Assembly: GCA_013239625.1 (NCBI GenBank)
Contig: MU053551.1
Span: 60,276-80,275, forward strand
Direction: 5' to 3'
Length of the DNA: 20,000 bases
From: Lama guanicoe
Taxonomy: Eukaryota
Below, piece by piece: positions 1 to 11,432 of the stretch. The notes under the pieces are model-generated. The model was not told where the DNA came from. It did no database searches and saw nothing but the letters and a program-made list of their open reading frames with translations. Numbering within the stretch: position 1 is the first letter of the stretch; every line of letters begins with the position of its first letter. The translations under genes and the position numbers were made by a program.

Positions 1-1501
1 CTAGAAGTCAAATCTCCCACCATCCTGAGCCTCAAGGCCTCCTGGGGGTTGAATCTTCACCATTTTGATGTTAATGGCTGTACATTCCTTGAATGGCTGT
101 TCCCCGCCCCCTTCCTGTCTCACTGGTAGCTCGTAAGACATTCTGTTCCTTTTTTTCCCCTCAGTCAGATAAATATAATCTAATTCATATCCTCAGAAAC
201 ACATTACAGTTCATTCATTACCTTTTCTCAGTCTCTTCTGTGATTATTAATAAAGTTCAGTTTCCAGTTACCTAATCACCATCGCCATACCTGTTCCAAA
301 CAACAGATACTTTGCTAATGTGCTTTTCAAACAGCTTCTTGATAAGATGCAATTATAATTTACCATTTCATTTTTGTTACTTATCATATGGAGACTGAGG
401 AAAATAAGCATAGAAGAAAGTCCATTTTTTTGAAAACCATTAACCTTGCAAACATTTGATGTGATAAAAAAGAGACTCAACAAAATGTATTTTCTTTCAC
501 TAATAGAAATGTGAAACATCACTATGTTTTTATATCATGATTGACCCAAACAGTGTTATTTTGATCAGAGACAAGGATTTAATCTTGGGTTTCTTATCTC
601 ATTTATAGTGCTATATTCAGACCCTAACAAAGTGTCTAAAATAAACTCTTTAGGGCCAAATGCCCAGCAAAACCTGCTACTTGATTACAGCGTTATTTCT
701 ATTTGTTATTTTCAAGGGCTAGATAGGAGAGGACATAGATATATAGAACTTGACTCAAAATCTCACTGCCTTACAAACACAAACAGGTGACCCCTTCTGA
801 ACTGAATTGCTTGAGCCTTCAGAATCAGAAGGCAATGAAGCCCCTTGTCCTGTTGGCTGTAACTCATCATTCACCCTTAAGACACTTTGGAACACGTTTA
901 GTTTAATAGATTCTAAATATTTAGTGCCCATCAATTGTGGTGCTCTTGGCAGCAAGGTTTATAAATTTTCCTCAAAAGTTTTGGAGTTAATATGTTTCAC
1001 TAAGAAGCTAAATTGTTATCAAATAGCAGAATAATAGGGCCCACTAATTAGAAACTCATTTTGCTGCTAAACTGGTCCTTTTGGAGATTACAATGTAATT
1101 TTCCCATTAAAGGCACTTTGATACGCTTGAAAGAGGGTTTATTTGAAGTTTCCTTTATGCTAAGGATGGAGAACTCTGCTCTTTGCAGTATTGTCTTTGT
1201 TACAGGGCTTTTGAAATGTAAAAGCAATTGCTTAAGCACTGATGGTGTGCATTGGTTGCATATGAGTCACTGTACTTCAACTATTCCTATTTCAGGAGCA
1301 AAGAACCAATTAGCCACCAATGCTGTTGTCTTCTAACTTAGTAAAGAAAAATTTCAGAAGGTTGCAATGAAAGCAAGAAGTACTGCTCCAAATGGAGCGT
1401 CAGAGTCCCAGTTAAGAAAGAAAAAAGAAAAGGAAGGAAAGACAGACAGACACATACAGACAAGAACATTCTGAAGCCCCTTTTCTAAAATTTCTGGCCT
1501 A

Positions 1502-1961
1502 TGTTGACAAAAAATCAATCAAAGTAAGAAAGAAATGGAAAATTTTATTTGAGCCAAATGGACTATTGTTACCCAGAAACAGCATATCAGAAAACCCCAA
1601 GATCTGCTCTGCCAGTTAGAAGTCAAAGCATAATTACATAGGTTGTTGAGACAGAGGGCTATACATTAAATGATGTATTATTGACAGTTTACACAATCTA
1701 GCACAAAGCAGTGGGTCATGGATCCCTGGGGTCCCTTACAAGATTAAGAAGAAATCTTATCTTTTAAGTAGATGTCTTACTGGTGATGGGAAAATGCTGC
1801 TCTTTATGTTTGAGCAGGTATTTTGCCTACGAGGAAGTTGTTCAGGGCGTCATGTAGGCACACAGTGCACAGCAGAGGGGAGGGAGGAGTCCAAAGTGCA
1901 GATAACATTTTTTATGTTTGAATTTTTCTTGTCTTGCCATAAAATGTGAATGTATTTTATA
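1502..1961 (-). mobile_element. Solo LTR, probably ERV1 class
   Basis: The plus strand begins TGTTGAC (minus-strand end ...GTCAACA). TTTATT near 1543-1549 is a minus-strand AATAAA about 45 bp from that end. The flanks CCTA (1498-1501) and CCTG (1962-1965) form a 4-bp TSD with one mismatch. Family not identified. Confidence 0.65.
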
Positions 1962-2580
1962 CCTGTTATGTAAGAATATTGAGGATGAATTATTGATTGA
2001 AAGAATAAGAAAAGTCAGGTCCTATAGTCTCTAATTTTCATAGGTCCATGAAACAATCCTGAAATAGAAGAATTGTTAGGGAAATTATAATGTTTAATCC
2101 AATCAGAGATGAACAGCATTTTATTTAAATGTTGAGGGACATATAATTCCTGCTGGTTCATCCAGTTGTGTAATGGACTGGGAATTAATACTTGCTTTTG
2201 TGAACAAAGATTGCAGGTTAAGATCTCAGAAGTGATTTCTGCCTGCCCGAGGTGATGCACTGACATGCTGCAATATGCCACTTCCTTATGAAAGACATGA
2301 AGGTGAATAAGTTCCTGTGAGTAAAACTGGCCCAAATTTCACAAGCAGCTACAGAATGTTGAGAGTTGCAGTTGTTTACAGGCCAAAAGTAACATACCAA
2401 GAAGTCACATACCAAGAAAAGTATCTTGTTTTATACACATTACCAGTTGGATAGAAAATTTGGAAAAATGCTAGAGAGGTATTTTACTACCATTTATTAT
2501 GCTAATGGTAGCTATCAATGAAAACTCAACTCATAATCAAATTAACGGAGTATAATTAGAAGCTAATAGGTCATCTTTGG

Positions 2581-2670
2581 CTAGATCAAAGTTCTGGGTA
2601 TACATTAGAAACACCTGGGGAGATTAAAAATACAAAATTTCCATTTCTGATAATTTTGAGTTAACCAGTG
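2581..2670. mobile_element. MER5-like (hAT-Charlie) DNA transposon fragment
   Basis: 'acattagaaacacctggggagattaaaaatacaaa' resembles the recalled MER5A motif 'cattagaatcacctggggagcttttaaaaatac'. Boundaries are approximate. Confidence 0.45.
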
Positions 2671-2884
2671 CTGACCTAATCCTCTTGGCAAAAACAATTA
2701 GAAAGTCTAAATATAAAAAACAAATGTCTGGAAGTACTTCCGTGTGAGCAGAAGCAGGCCAAACGTGGAAGGGAGCCTAGGGGAGCATAACGTTTAGGTT
2801 ACCTTTCCCATTCTCGGTGTTCTGTTGTGTTCAGTGCTGCTAAAGTCTAGCCACACAGGGAGGAGCTGCTTTCCTAGTCACTAC

Positions 2885-3564
2885 TGTTGCTGAACCAAAC
2901 TTGGATCTGCTCACCTACAGCATTGCAAAGCCAGCTTACTGACATCAGGTTGTGGTGAAGGAAAAGTACAGCTTTTATTTGCAGGGTGCCCAGCAAGGAG
3001 TATGGGCAGCTCATGCTCAAGAGACCCAAACTCCCAGATGGCTTTCAGAGAGGTGCTTTTAAAGGTAGCATTTAGGGGTTAGGGGCTGCAGGGTGCATGG
3101 CTTTCTTCTGTTTGGTTGACAGTGAGTGGACAGGGTGGTGTTTCAGGGCTCTCAATCATTAATCTTCTGCTTTCAACCAGCCTAGGGTCTAGTGTTTGTG
3201 CTCAGCACATAATCACCATTCTCCACTGTGTGTGTATGTGTTGGGGGTGGTGGTGTCTTTGTAGGGGGAGGATCTGAACTCCTGAAGAACAACGGAAAGA
3301 CACCTGTCAGACTGTTCTGTGCATCCCTTGAGGAGGAACTAGGACTCTGTTTCATTGCTGATTTCTTGTTATTTCTTTTCTTGTTTGACTGCTTTTCCTT
3401 TGTTTCTGCATTCCCTCACTTCCCTAATGAGTAACTGCCCATGTCTGCTCTTTGGAACTCAGGAAAGTTCTAGAAGACTAAAGCCTTTTACTAGAAAAAA
3501 GAAATGGGGGATGCATAGGAGCTTTGGTACTTGGGAGGGCCCTGCAGGGCCCTGCTTATTGTCA
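2885..3564 (-). mobile_element. Solo ERV1-type LTR (MER21/MER34/MER39-like group)
   Basis: TG...CA termini (TGTTGCTGAACC...ATTGTCA). The 4-bp TSD is CTAC (2881-2884) / CTAT (3565-3568). A minus-strand AATAAA (TTTATT) lies near 2974. The opening 'tgttgctgaaccaaac...caaagcca...ggttgtggtgaagga...gggcagctcatgctcaa' matches a recalled laurasiatherian LTR family. Confidence 0.75.
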
Positions 3565-4964
3565 CTATGTCTGCTGTTTACCGTAGCGGATGCCGCTGTG
3601 GGATGCGGGTAGACTGCACCTTATCCTGCCTGTCCCCTTAGCAAAAGCTTGTTGCATGAGATGCATCAAATACAAAGTTGTGTATCTGCATCTACTTATC
3701 TATGCACGTATATCGTAGGTGGGTTTTAAACTGAAGAAGCTAAGAATTCTAAGGATGAGTTAATTAAAAAACAAACAAACATGAATCTCTATTCTTCTTT
3801 GACACTCAGGTAAGACCCGCCTCCCGCAGAAACAGTCTTCCTTGATAAAACTGAATCTTGAAGCATTGCCTAACATTAACATGACACATTTTAGATGACA
3901 GTGTACTGCAGAGCAAGAAATGGAAGTAAACAGCACCTCACTTCACTTGAGTATTTCCTATTTCCTTGTTGACTTTAACTAATCAATCAATGGGAGAAAG
4001 GCTGCTATAAAATTAATTTAGGGACATAAATGCATTGTCTCATTATCCTCCCCAGACTCCAGTAGGAGGCAGACAGACATTCAACCCAGCCGGAGCGCTC
4101 TGCTGGAAGGAAAAGCCCGCAAAGCGAACGTTTGATCCTAGATTCACCGTGTCTGGGATCCAGAGCCCTTTGGCAGGCTGTTTTTGTGCAGCATCTCCTT
4201 CCTCTAGGAGGGGAGGCTTTTAATTTCACATTTAGAAACTACCAAAGAGAAGCCATTGAAGAGCATTTTCCTGCCCCTAATTAACACTCTGAGCATTCCC
4301 TCTGACTTCCTAGCAGTTTTCCAGCCTGGGAGAAAAAAAAAGTAACAGAGAGAGAAAAACCGTGTCAGAGTGACATGCTGGGGTTCTGCCTGATTTTTGC
4401 CTCTCGGCAGGGAATCCCACAGCTGCTCTGCCCTCACTCTCTTCACTCTCAGAGCTGTAGAAATGTGCAGCGTGATTGTCTTTTTGGTGACCTCTGCAGG
4501 TTTCCTGGACTCGGTAGTCAGGCATCATAATTTCTTCCCCATAATACATAGATAATAAACCTCATTATATACAGGAAAAAAACATGAATTTAAAAATATA
4601 CACAGTGCTTTTCTTCAAGTTTACTTATTGAAGGAACAAATGTCTCAATTTTTTTTGTGATTTCTATTATATCCTTAGTACATTTTTAAATACTTTTTTT
4701 TCCTTGGAATCCTATATAATCCTCTTAATGTGGCCCACCTTAACATGAAGTCTTGGTATAGTATAATACAGGTTCATTTGTATCTGACAGTGATTCAAAA
4801 TAATACTAATTTCACAAGGAGAGAAGATTTTTATTTCTTTTCTCTCAAAATCTATCCATGGGTCATTTGAAGAAAGAAAGTGAATCTGGAAAGGTGTCTG
4901 GAAACTTTCCATTGGTACCTTTTGGTACAATGGTTCAATCAAGTACCAGTATCAAAACTTGTAA

Positions 4965-5330
4965 AATGAGTGTCTGTGGCTTGGAAGAGCTTCCTGAGGA
5001 TGGTGGTAAGGCATTCTTTTAAAAAGGTCACCTCATTAATGTTCTTGATGGTATAGGTGGTAGAGCATAGGAAGGCTGAGTCAAGTGATTTCAAATAATC
5101 AGAGTAAATAAGTGGCATTTTCAGAATATCTCAGCTGGCTTTGCACATGTTTTTGTTGCCAAGAGTGATAAATAATAACATTTTTATCTAATCTAAAATA
5201 TTTTAAATCAGTACAATTTAAAAAAAGTCAGATTAGGAAGTATTATAATTCAGTTGCCAGCATTTCTTATTTCTTAGTGCCACATAATGGCATCTTCCAA
5301 TCAGTTTAGTCTTAGATTCAATAACATGTA
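4965..5330. mobile_element. Old TcMar/Tc2 (Kanga-like) DNA transposon fragment
   Basis: 'gcattcttttaaaaa...aatgttcttgatgg' and the end 'cacataatggcatcttccaatc...tcttagattcaataacatg' resemble the recalled Kanga internal sequence and terminal inverted repeat. Heavily degraded. Confidence 0.45.
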
Positions 5331-5369
5331 GCACGTCTCCTGATCTTGGAGCTCATTTGAAATTGGGAT

Positions 5370-6130
5370 ACAATCCTTGCTCTCCCCCTCCCCGATCTCA
5401 GTGCACCAGCCCTCTCTGCCCTGCTGTCTACTCTGGAAGGCTCCTTTGCCCTCTGGCTTCCTGCTGTGCTTGACCAGTGGGACGCACGCTCAGAAGGTCT
5501 TGGAGCGGGAGGTGAGGAGAACTGGAGACGGTTATTCCCGCACCTCCTTTTAAACGTGGCTGCAGACCTGGCGAAGCGTGCATTTCTTTCTGGCCCTAAG
5601 GTTTATCTAGTGGTCCATGGCCCTAGTTTTTACCAGACTCCATTAAATCAGGATTCCACCTCCCTTGTCCCTTCAAGATTACATGTAATGTATTTCCTTG
5701 TACCTCTGTGAGATCGCCTACCCCTTTGCCGCTGTTGTTCACTCCCTAGGAGTTGCACTATCCGTATTAATCTCTTAACTCGGCTCAAACCTTTGTAAAC
5801 AGTGCCTTCACTGAACTGTTTTCAATTAATCCAGTTTCTTTCTGGCCCTAAGGTTTATCTAGTGGTCCGTGGCCCTAGTTTTTACCAGACTCCATTAAAT
5901 TGGGATTCCACCTCCCTTGTCCCTTCAAGATTACATGTAATGTATTTCCTTGTACCTCTGTGAGATCACCTACCCCTTTGCCGCTGTTGTTCACTCCCTA
6001 GGAGTTGCACTATCTGTATTAATCTCTTAACTCAGCTCAAACCTTTGTAAACAGTGCCTTCACTGAACTGTTTTCAATTAATCCATTTTAAGTGTATCCT
6101 CTCTTTCATGGTACAACCCCTGCCGATACA
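5370..6130 (+). mobile_element. LTR33-like ERVL solo LTR with an internal 252-bp tandem duplication
   Basis: 'tttgccctctggcttcctg...gaccagtggga...ggaggtgaggaga...tattccc' and the 3' end 'ctttgtaaacagtgccttcactgaact...ccctgccgataca' resemble the LTR33 consensus. Ends in CA at 6130. The 5' boundary is approximate. Confidence 0.65.
5583..6085 (+). repeat. Direct tandem duplication, two copies, period 252 bp (5583-5833 and 5835-6085)
   Basis: Aligned by eye: 251 bp, 6 substitutions, no indels, and one extra G at junction position 5834. Confidence 0.97.
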
Positions 6131-6194
6131 GCCCAGCTCTTTCAGTTTTTTTTTTTTTTAATGTCAGCTGGAATGAATCCATTCATGTTAAATT

Positions 6195-6200
<6 letters not shown>

Positions 6201-6236
<36 letters not shown>
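6201..6236 (+). repeat. (GT)18 microsatellite
   Basis: Perfect GT dinucleotide run, followed by a short imperfect extension to about 6246. Confidence 0.97.
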
Positions 6237-6238
<2 letters not shown>

Positions 6239-6249
6239 TTGTGTGTAAA

Positions 6250-6420
6250 CACTCAGAAATAAGACTGGCTGGTAATTTTCATTTGGTACTTTGATGTTTA
6301 GGTTATGAGGGTTATGCCACAGTTAAAAAGTTGAACATGTTCTTCCTTTTTCTGTGCTATGGAACAATTTAGTTATCATGTGATAACATTATTAGTATGT
6401 GTTGTGTTATGTTCAATTTC
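6250..6420 (-). mobile_element. Ancient L1M-type LINE fragment
   Basis: 'agggttatgccacagttaaaaagttgaacatgttcttcctttttctgtgctatggaacaattt' resembles antisense old L1 ORF2 sequence. T-rich plus strand. Confidence 0.45.
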
Positions 6421-6429
6421 AAAAATAAT

Positions 6430-6960
6430 GACTTGCGGAAACATGGGGTCCTGGAGTACTGACCAACTGGGCCTTAATATTCTGCTTAGTTTAACTAGAC
6501 TTAGATAGGATCCTTCTGACTCTAGCCACCTGACCTCCCTTTTCTTAGACCACCTACTTTAGGAAGTTTGTAACTGCAAGTTCATACCCTGCTCCTTGAG
6601 CTGTAACTCATTTAAAAGTCTGTTGCTGGTTTTAAAACCCAGGATTGTGATTCTCAAGGGCCGGGACCCATCCCAGTGAAACATCATCACCAAGGATGAA
6701 AGCAGCCTGTCTCGCAGTCCCTGTGGAAGAGTAAGGGCCTGATTCCAAGTTACAAAACTGCCTCCAATCACAAAGATCGGGGAATATTTACTTTTCATGC
6801 TAAGACGCAGCTGACACACAGAGGCGGCCTAAAATCCTCTCCACTTCATCTCTTAACAGCAGAATCGAGTCTGGAACCCATTCTCTTCCTCATTTGAACA
6901 GCCTTGGATTAGGTCACTCTAGACGGTTCAACTATAGCCAGTGCAGTTTTCACATTGACA
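6430..6960 (+). mobile_element. MER31/MER67-like ERV1 solo LTR
   Basis: 'cctgacctcccttttcttagaccacctactttaggaagtttgtaactgcaa', 'ttctcaagggccgggacccatccc' and 'cagtccctgtggaagagtaagggcct' resemble recalled MER31/MER67 motifs. Ends TTGACA at 6960. The 5' end is uncertain and there is no clear TSD. Confidence 0.6.
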
Positions 6961-7440
6961 GAATCTTTTTCATATTTCTGTTTTTATACCACTGTTAGGT
7001 TATACTTTTTCAAGAATCTCTCCATAGATGTATCAGAGTTCTCGTGTACTTTTATTTTTCATTGAAAAATTTCTATTTCTAATGAATTCTAATCTTTGTA
7101 ACTTAAAAAATTTTTTTTGTTCTGTATGTCATCAAATTGAATATCACCTTTATTATTTTCATTCTTTGCTTTTGTGAGTAATGATGAGTTTTAAGGTGGT
7201 TAATTTCCTCTCTGTACACTTGTCATATCTCGTACATTTAATTATTTGGCAATTGAATTTTGATGACTTCTTTTATCAAGGTATTGCTTAGTTAATTGAG
7301 TAAACTGCCACATTGTTAGATTTTTTCATTTCTACCTTTGCAATTTCTTTATAGTTTTTCATGTGGTATAATTAGAGAGTAATTCTATACAATTTCTATA
7401 TTTCAGTTTCACAATTTCTAAGAGTTTCTATGAGGTACAT
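6961..7440 (-). mobile_element. Ancient L1M-type LINE fragment (probable continuation of 6250-6420, interrupted by the LTR)
   Basis: Very T-rich plus strand with degraded antisense L1-like motifs such as 'ttttaaggtggttaatttcctctctgtacact'. Confidence 0.4.
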
Positions 7441-9389
7441 AAGAGTTCAGCGTTGGTTTTGATTTTGGGAGGACTCTTAATGAGTAATGTTTGTTTTTCA
7501 CCAATAAAAAAGCAAAGGGCAGCCATCATTTGATAAGTTTGCCATGAAGCCAGTTTCCATCTGCCCATTTGTACGGGTGCCAAAGCACAAAAAAATTAAT
7601 TTTTGAAAGGATTTCATAAAGGACAATCTGGAATTACAACGATCACTTTGAGGAACTGTTGGCATAGATGAAATTTTTCACTTTGGAGACAGTTTAGCAC
7701 AAAAAGGAAGAGAGAGTCTAGATTCTTTGTCCGAAAGATAGAACATTTATGAAAGTTCACTTTATTTAAATGATTTATAAAAGCTCGTGTGCGTGTGTCT
7801 CAGAAGACTTTTCTGCATCTGATATTTCTTTCCTTCATGCAGAAGGCCGATACATAGCTTTTGACAATAATAATTTTCCACATCAATGAAACTGGCTTCT
7901 TCAAATTCTCCTTATTATTTTATTTTTTTTCTCTTTTACTTTATCCCCTCTATTGGGAACTTTTGGAAATGAATTGATCAAGAAAATTATTATTACATGT
8001 TCACTATAAGAATATCTAGTCTAAGACACAGCAATTGCCATCTATAAAAAGAAACTAAAGAAAAATTACTAAACTGAATTTATTTTGCTTAAGATATATG
8101 AGCTCATATACAAAAAAGAAAAATAAAACCTGCAACTTGGGAAAGTAATTGAGTAATGGCCTTGCTCAACGTAAAAGGGAAAAGATGACCTTTAGTTCCA
8201 CGAAATGAAGAAGAAAGCATAAATGTGATTTAAGAAGTCTTTAAAATTCAGTTTTATAAACACATATGCTCATAAATTGTATTAAAATAAGAACACGTAG
8301 TAGTCCTATTAAGTATGTGAATAGCACACGTTAACTAATGCATGTCTTCTTCCAAGTATTACTTTGTAAATTAATGCCAAGAAAATATTCTATGCAAGAT
8401 TATTTCTAAGCATCTCATGATTTAAACTTTTAGAAATAAACATTGGTTTATGAGTCAAAGAAGCTATCACTGTTCCCACAAAAGCTTTAGATTTCAAATA
8501 TATAAAATGGCACTTAAGTTAGTTTGTAATTATTAGGTTATCTCAAAATGTTAAAACTCATAAATTCTAATAATTCTAGGAAAAATGAGGGATTAATATA
8601 TTGACTTTAATTACAATTTCCAAATTCCAAAGTAAATTTTAGACCTTAGACTAATATTAAAATATGTTAATAAATAATCTTTGGTTTCCTGGGTAATTTC
8701 AAAGCAAGCAAAAATAGAAGCTTTGATCATTAAACATAATTTTAATTTACCTTTTTTTTTTTTTTACCATATAGAATGTGAAAATGCTTCTGTATGCTGT
8801 TATGTTTTGGTGCCTTTTTTTTTTTTGACAGTAGAATTTCTGAAGGTTATATGAAATACATTATCTATAATAATAATAATATGAATGTGAAATTTGCTGG
8901 AATGACCCAGTTAACACAAATGGTATTCTATCTCCTTATAAAAAGAAAGATTAAAAATTGTTCATGTGAGGAATGAAGCTTGCTTGAAATTCTACAAATT
9001 TTAATCAACTCATAATTGTGAGAATTATTTGTTTTCCAAACCTATAAAGTTCCATTGTCATAATTTATATGCATAAGTAGCCTTCTCATGTTAGGATTTA
9101 TGCTGAAACCCAAAGACTAGGTACTATTTACCAATTAATTCTTATTAACAGATTTTAGTACACCTGTCAGTCCAGTATAATTCATGATATATCAATTTAT
9201 AACATATGCCATATCATTTGATTGATTTATAGTATTAATCAAAAGCCTTGGAGATTTTTTACAATTCTCTTTGTGTATTTTTTCATTCAGGAATAATCAT
9301 TTACATTCTTATAAATTAATTGAATGTCATTCCTAAAATGAGGATTCTGCCTTCAGTTTCATAAAATTTGAAGATTCTTTTGATGGTGG

Positions 9390-9770
9390 GCACAACATAC
9401 TGACACTCAAGATAGATGAAAGGCTGAATGAGAGAAGGCCTTCACTGAGGGCATTACAAAGGTCAACCTGGGGATAAGATAACAGCAAGTTGGAATTCAA
9501 GGGACAGCTTATATGTGGCAAGTAGGGTGACATTAGCTAGATTTCATGAGTTCCCTGGGGATTGGCTCATTAAATAATTTGGATGGCTCTCGGGCAAATT
9601 GGCTATCATTCATTTTATGGTATCTAATCCAAGGAAGGTATACTGTGGCCTGAAGTATGAGAACCTGGTAAGGTGAATGGTTGGGGAATGTGAACTTAAT
9701 TAGCTGTTCAGAAAGGGAAACTGAGCCAGGACCTCAAAACTGGGCCATAGCAGTATTAAATAAACTCTCT
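9390..9770 (-). mobile_element. Old ERVL-type LTR relic (second copy at about 12432-12812)
   Basis: A GC-richer island within AT-rich DNA. 'ttccctggggattggctcattaaataatttggatggctct' resembles the antisense of a recalled MER54/MER74/MER88-group motif. No termini recognised. Confidence 0.4.
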
Positions 9771-10183
9771 TATACCTGCTTCCAGTGTGATCAAATCAGC
9801 CAACATATTTAATTGGCCCAAACTGTTCAGTTTTCCCCATAACAGAAATTTGGCTGCAATCTTAAATTAATATTTGTTGGACAATTTTGCTCAAAATTCC
9901 TGAGGCTGTCTCTAGTACATGTCCCGTCTGCCAACCTCATAATTCTGGCAAATATCTATGAAAGTGGGACATAGGTGTTTGAACACCAGCAAATGGAATT
10001 TTTACAGTTGTGCCATTAAAATGAACAGGTACACATTCTTATTGTTTGTCTGTTTTCTGGATAGCTAGCAGCTTTGCTCAACAAAAAGATGACTATCTAA
10101 ACATAACTTAAAAAAACACAAACTCGCAACTTTAATACTGTGTGTCCAGTTTGGGTTATCTAACTTAAATATTCCAATACCAA

Positions 10184-11036
10184 TGGGGAGACCTAGCAGG
10201 ACCCTGCAGGGCACACACCCCCTGCCCCCCAAACCTCTGCCTCTTGTTTTTAGAAAAGATGAAATTACCCAGGCCTCTCTGAGTCATAAAAGAGCAGGCT
10301 CAAGCAGTTGATAATTAGGACAATAAAGTCACAGATTCATTATCAGATGCACATTCCTGAGATGTTTTACAGACACTATCCTTGCTACCAGAGGGAAAAA
10401 GGTAAACTGTGTGATGACCAGATCTCTTCCTTAGCCTCCCCTTCAGTAATCTCTTGAACTGTTAGAAATTCAAGGCTGTTGCCCCCAGGATCATACCCCT
10501 GCCCCCACCTTGAACAGAAATCAATTACTGCTATCTAAGTCACAGGAGAAGGCTGCAAAGAGATAAAAACAAACTGGTGATAACCAACTAGACCCAAGAT
10601 GGGAGAGGATTTGACTTCCATTAGACCTTGAGCCTCATTATAATGCATTAGCATACTAAATGACACACCCACCAGCACCAGGACAGTTGACAGTTGCCAT
10701 AACAACAGCCAGAAAATCCTGCACGAGGACTGGAAAAAGTGATTGACTCCAACACACTTGGAAGGAGGACATGATGGCAGCAGTCTCCAGGGAAAGCCCC
10801 CATGCCCCTACCTTGAGCTATAGCTCTCATCCTGCCACCTGGGCCAACAGTTCCCCACTGGAGCACTTCTCTTCTCTTTTCCCCCACTCAAACACTTTCT
10901 TTCCCTTCTCTCTTTTGAGCAATAAAGGTGTCTTTCACTTTGTCTTTCTGCTTCTGCTGAGAATTCCTCAACTGGTGGGCAAGGATCCACACTTTTGGTG
11001 GGCTCTCTAAATTGGGAATCTCTCTATCTGCTAACA
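10184..11036 (+). mobile_element. MER41-like ERV1 solo LTR (copy 1)
   Basis: TG...TAACA termini. The core 'ctcattataatgcattagcatactaaatgacacacccaccagcaccaggacagtt...gccataacaac' closely resembles the MER41 core. AATAAA at 10921-10926 is followed by a pyrimidine-rich U5-like segment. No exact TSD was found, so the 5' end is uncertain by a few bases. Confidence 0.75.
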
Positions 11037-11076
11037 AAGGCATTCACTTTATGATTTTACATTTTATAAAAAGCTT

Positions 11077-11432
11077 TGCAGGACACTGGGAAAGTAGTTC
11101 TCCTTGGATTTTTCAGTGTTCCTGCAGGGTTCTGGCTTCCTGAACAATGGAAGTTGGCATGCTAAAAATAGAGACTGTCTCCTTTTGTCCTCTGGAAACA
11201 TTTACTCTTTCACGTTTTCAGTGCATTTTGCACAGAGGCATGGGTTTGCATTTCACAGGGGGCTGGATCCCTGAGCTGTTCCTTTACATTCGCATTCAAA
11301 ATGGTTGTAAACTAGGGACCTTCCTCTTCTTGCCTCGGAGATGATTTGTTTTCATTAGGGACGTACGGTTTCTCTCTCTTTCAAGTGGGAGAGGAGTGTA
11401 GCTGTATATCAGTCACTTTATAAACTCATAAT
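11077..11432 (+). mobile_element. Old ERVL-type LTR, 5' part only, truncated by the duplication junction
   Basis: Same sequence as 14121-14476. Cut just after a TATAAA at 11419-11424. Confidence 0.4.

Larger units (their letters stand above)
8391..11432 (+). repeat. 3.04-kb tandem duplication, copy 1
   Basis: Starts TATGCAAGATTATTTCTAAG and ends ...TAAACTCATAAT. Repeated directly at 11432-14476. Identical or near-identical ORF pairs in the ORF track sit at offsets of 3042-3044. Confidence 0.97.

Noticed and set aside
1414..1466. Purine-rich GAAA/GACA run
   Set aside because: An ordinary low-complexity, degenerate microsatellite.
2392..2418. ACATACCAAGAA repeated twice, 3 bp apart
   Set aside because: A small slippage duplication with no sign of function.
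10354..10362. TTCCTGAGA as a STAT/GAS site in the MER41-like LTR
   Set aside because: It does not match TTCnnnGAA (2 mismatches).
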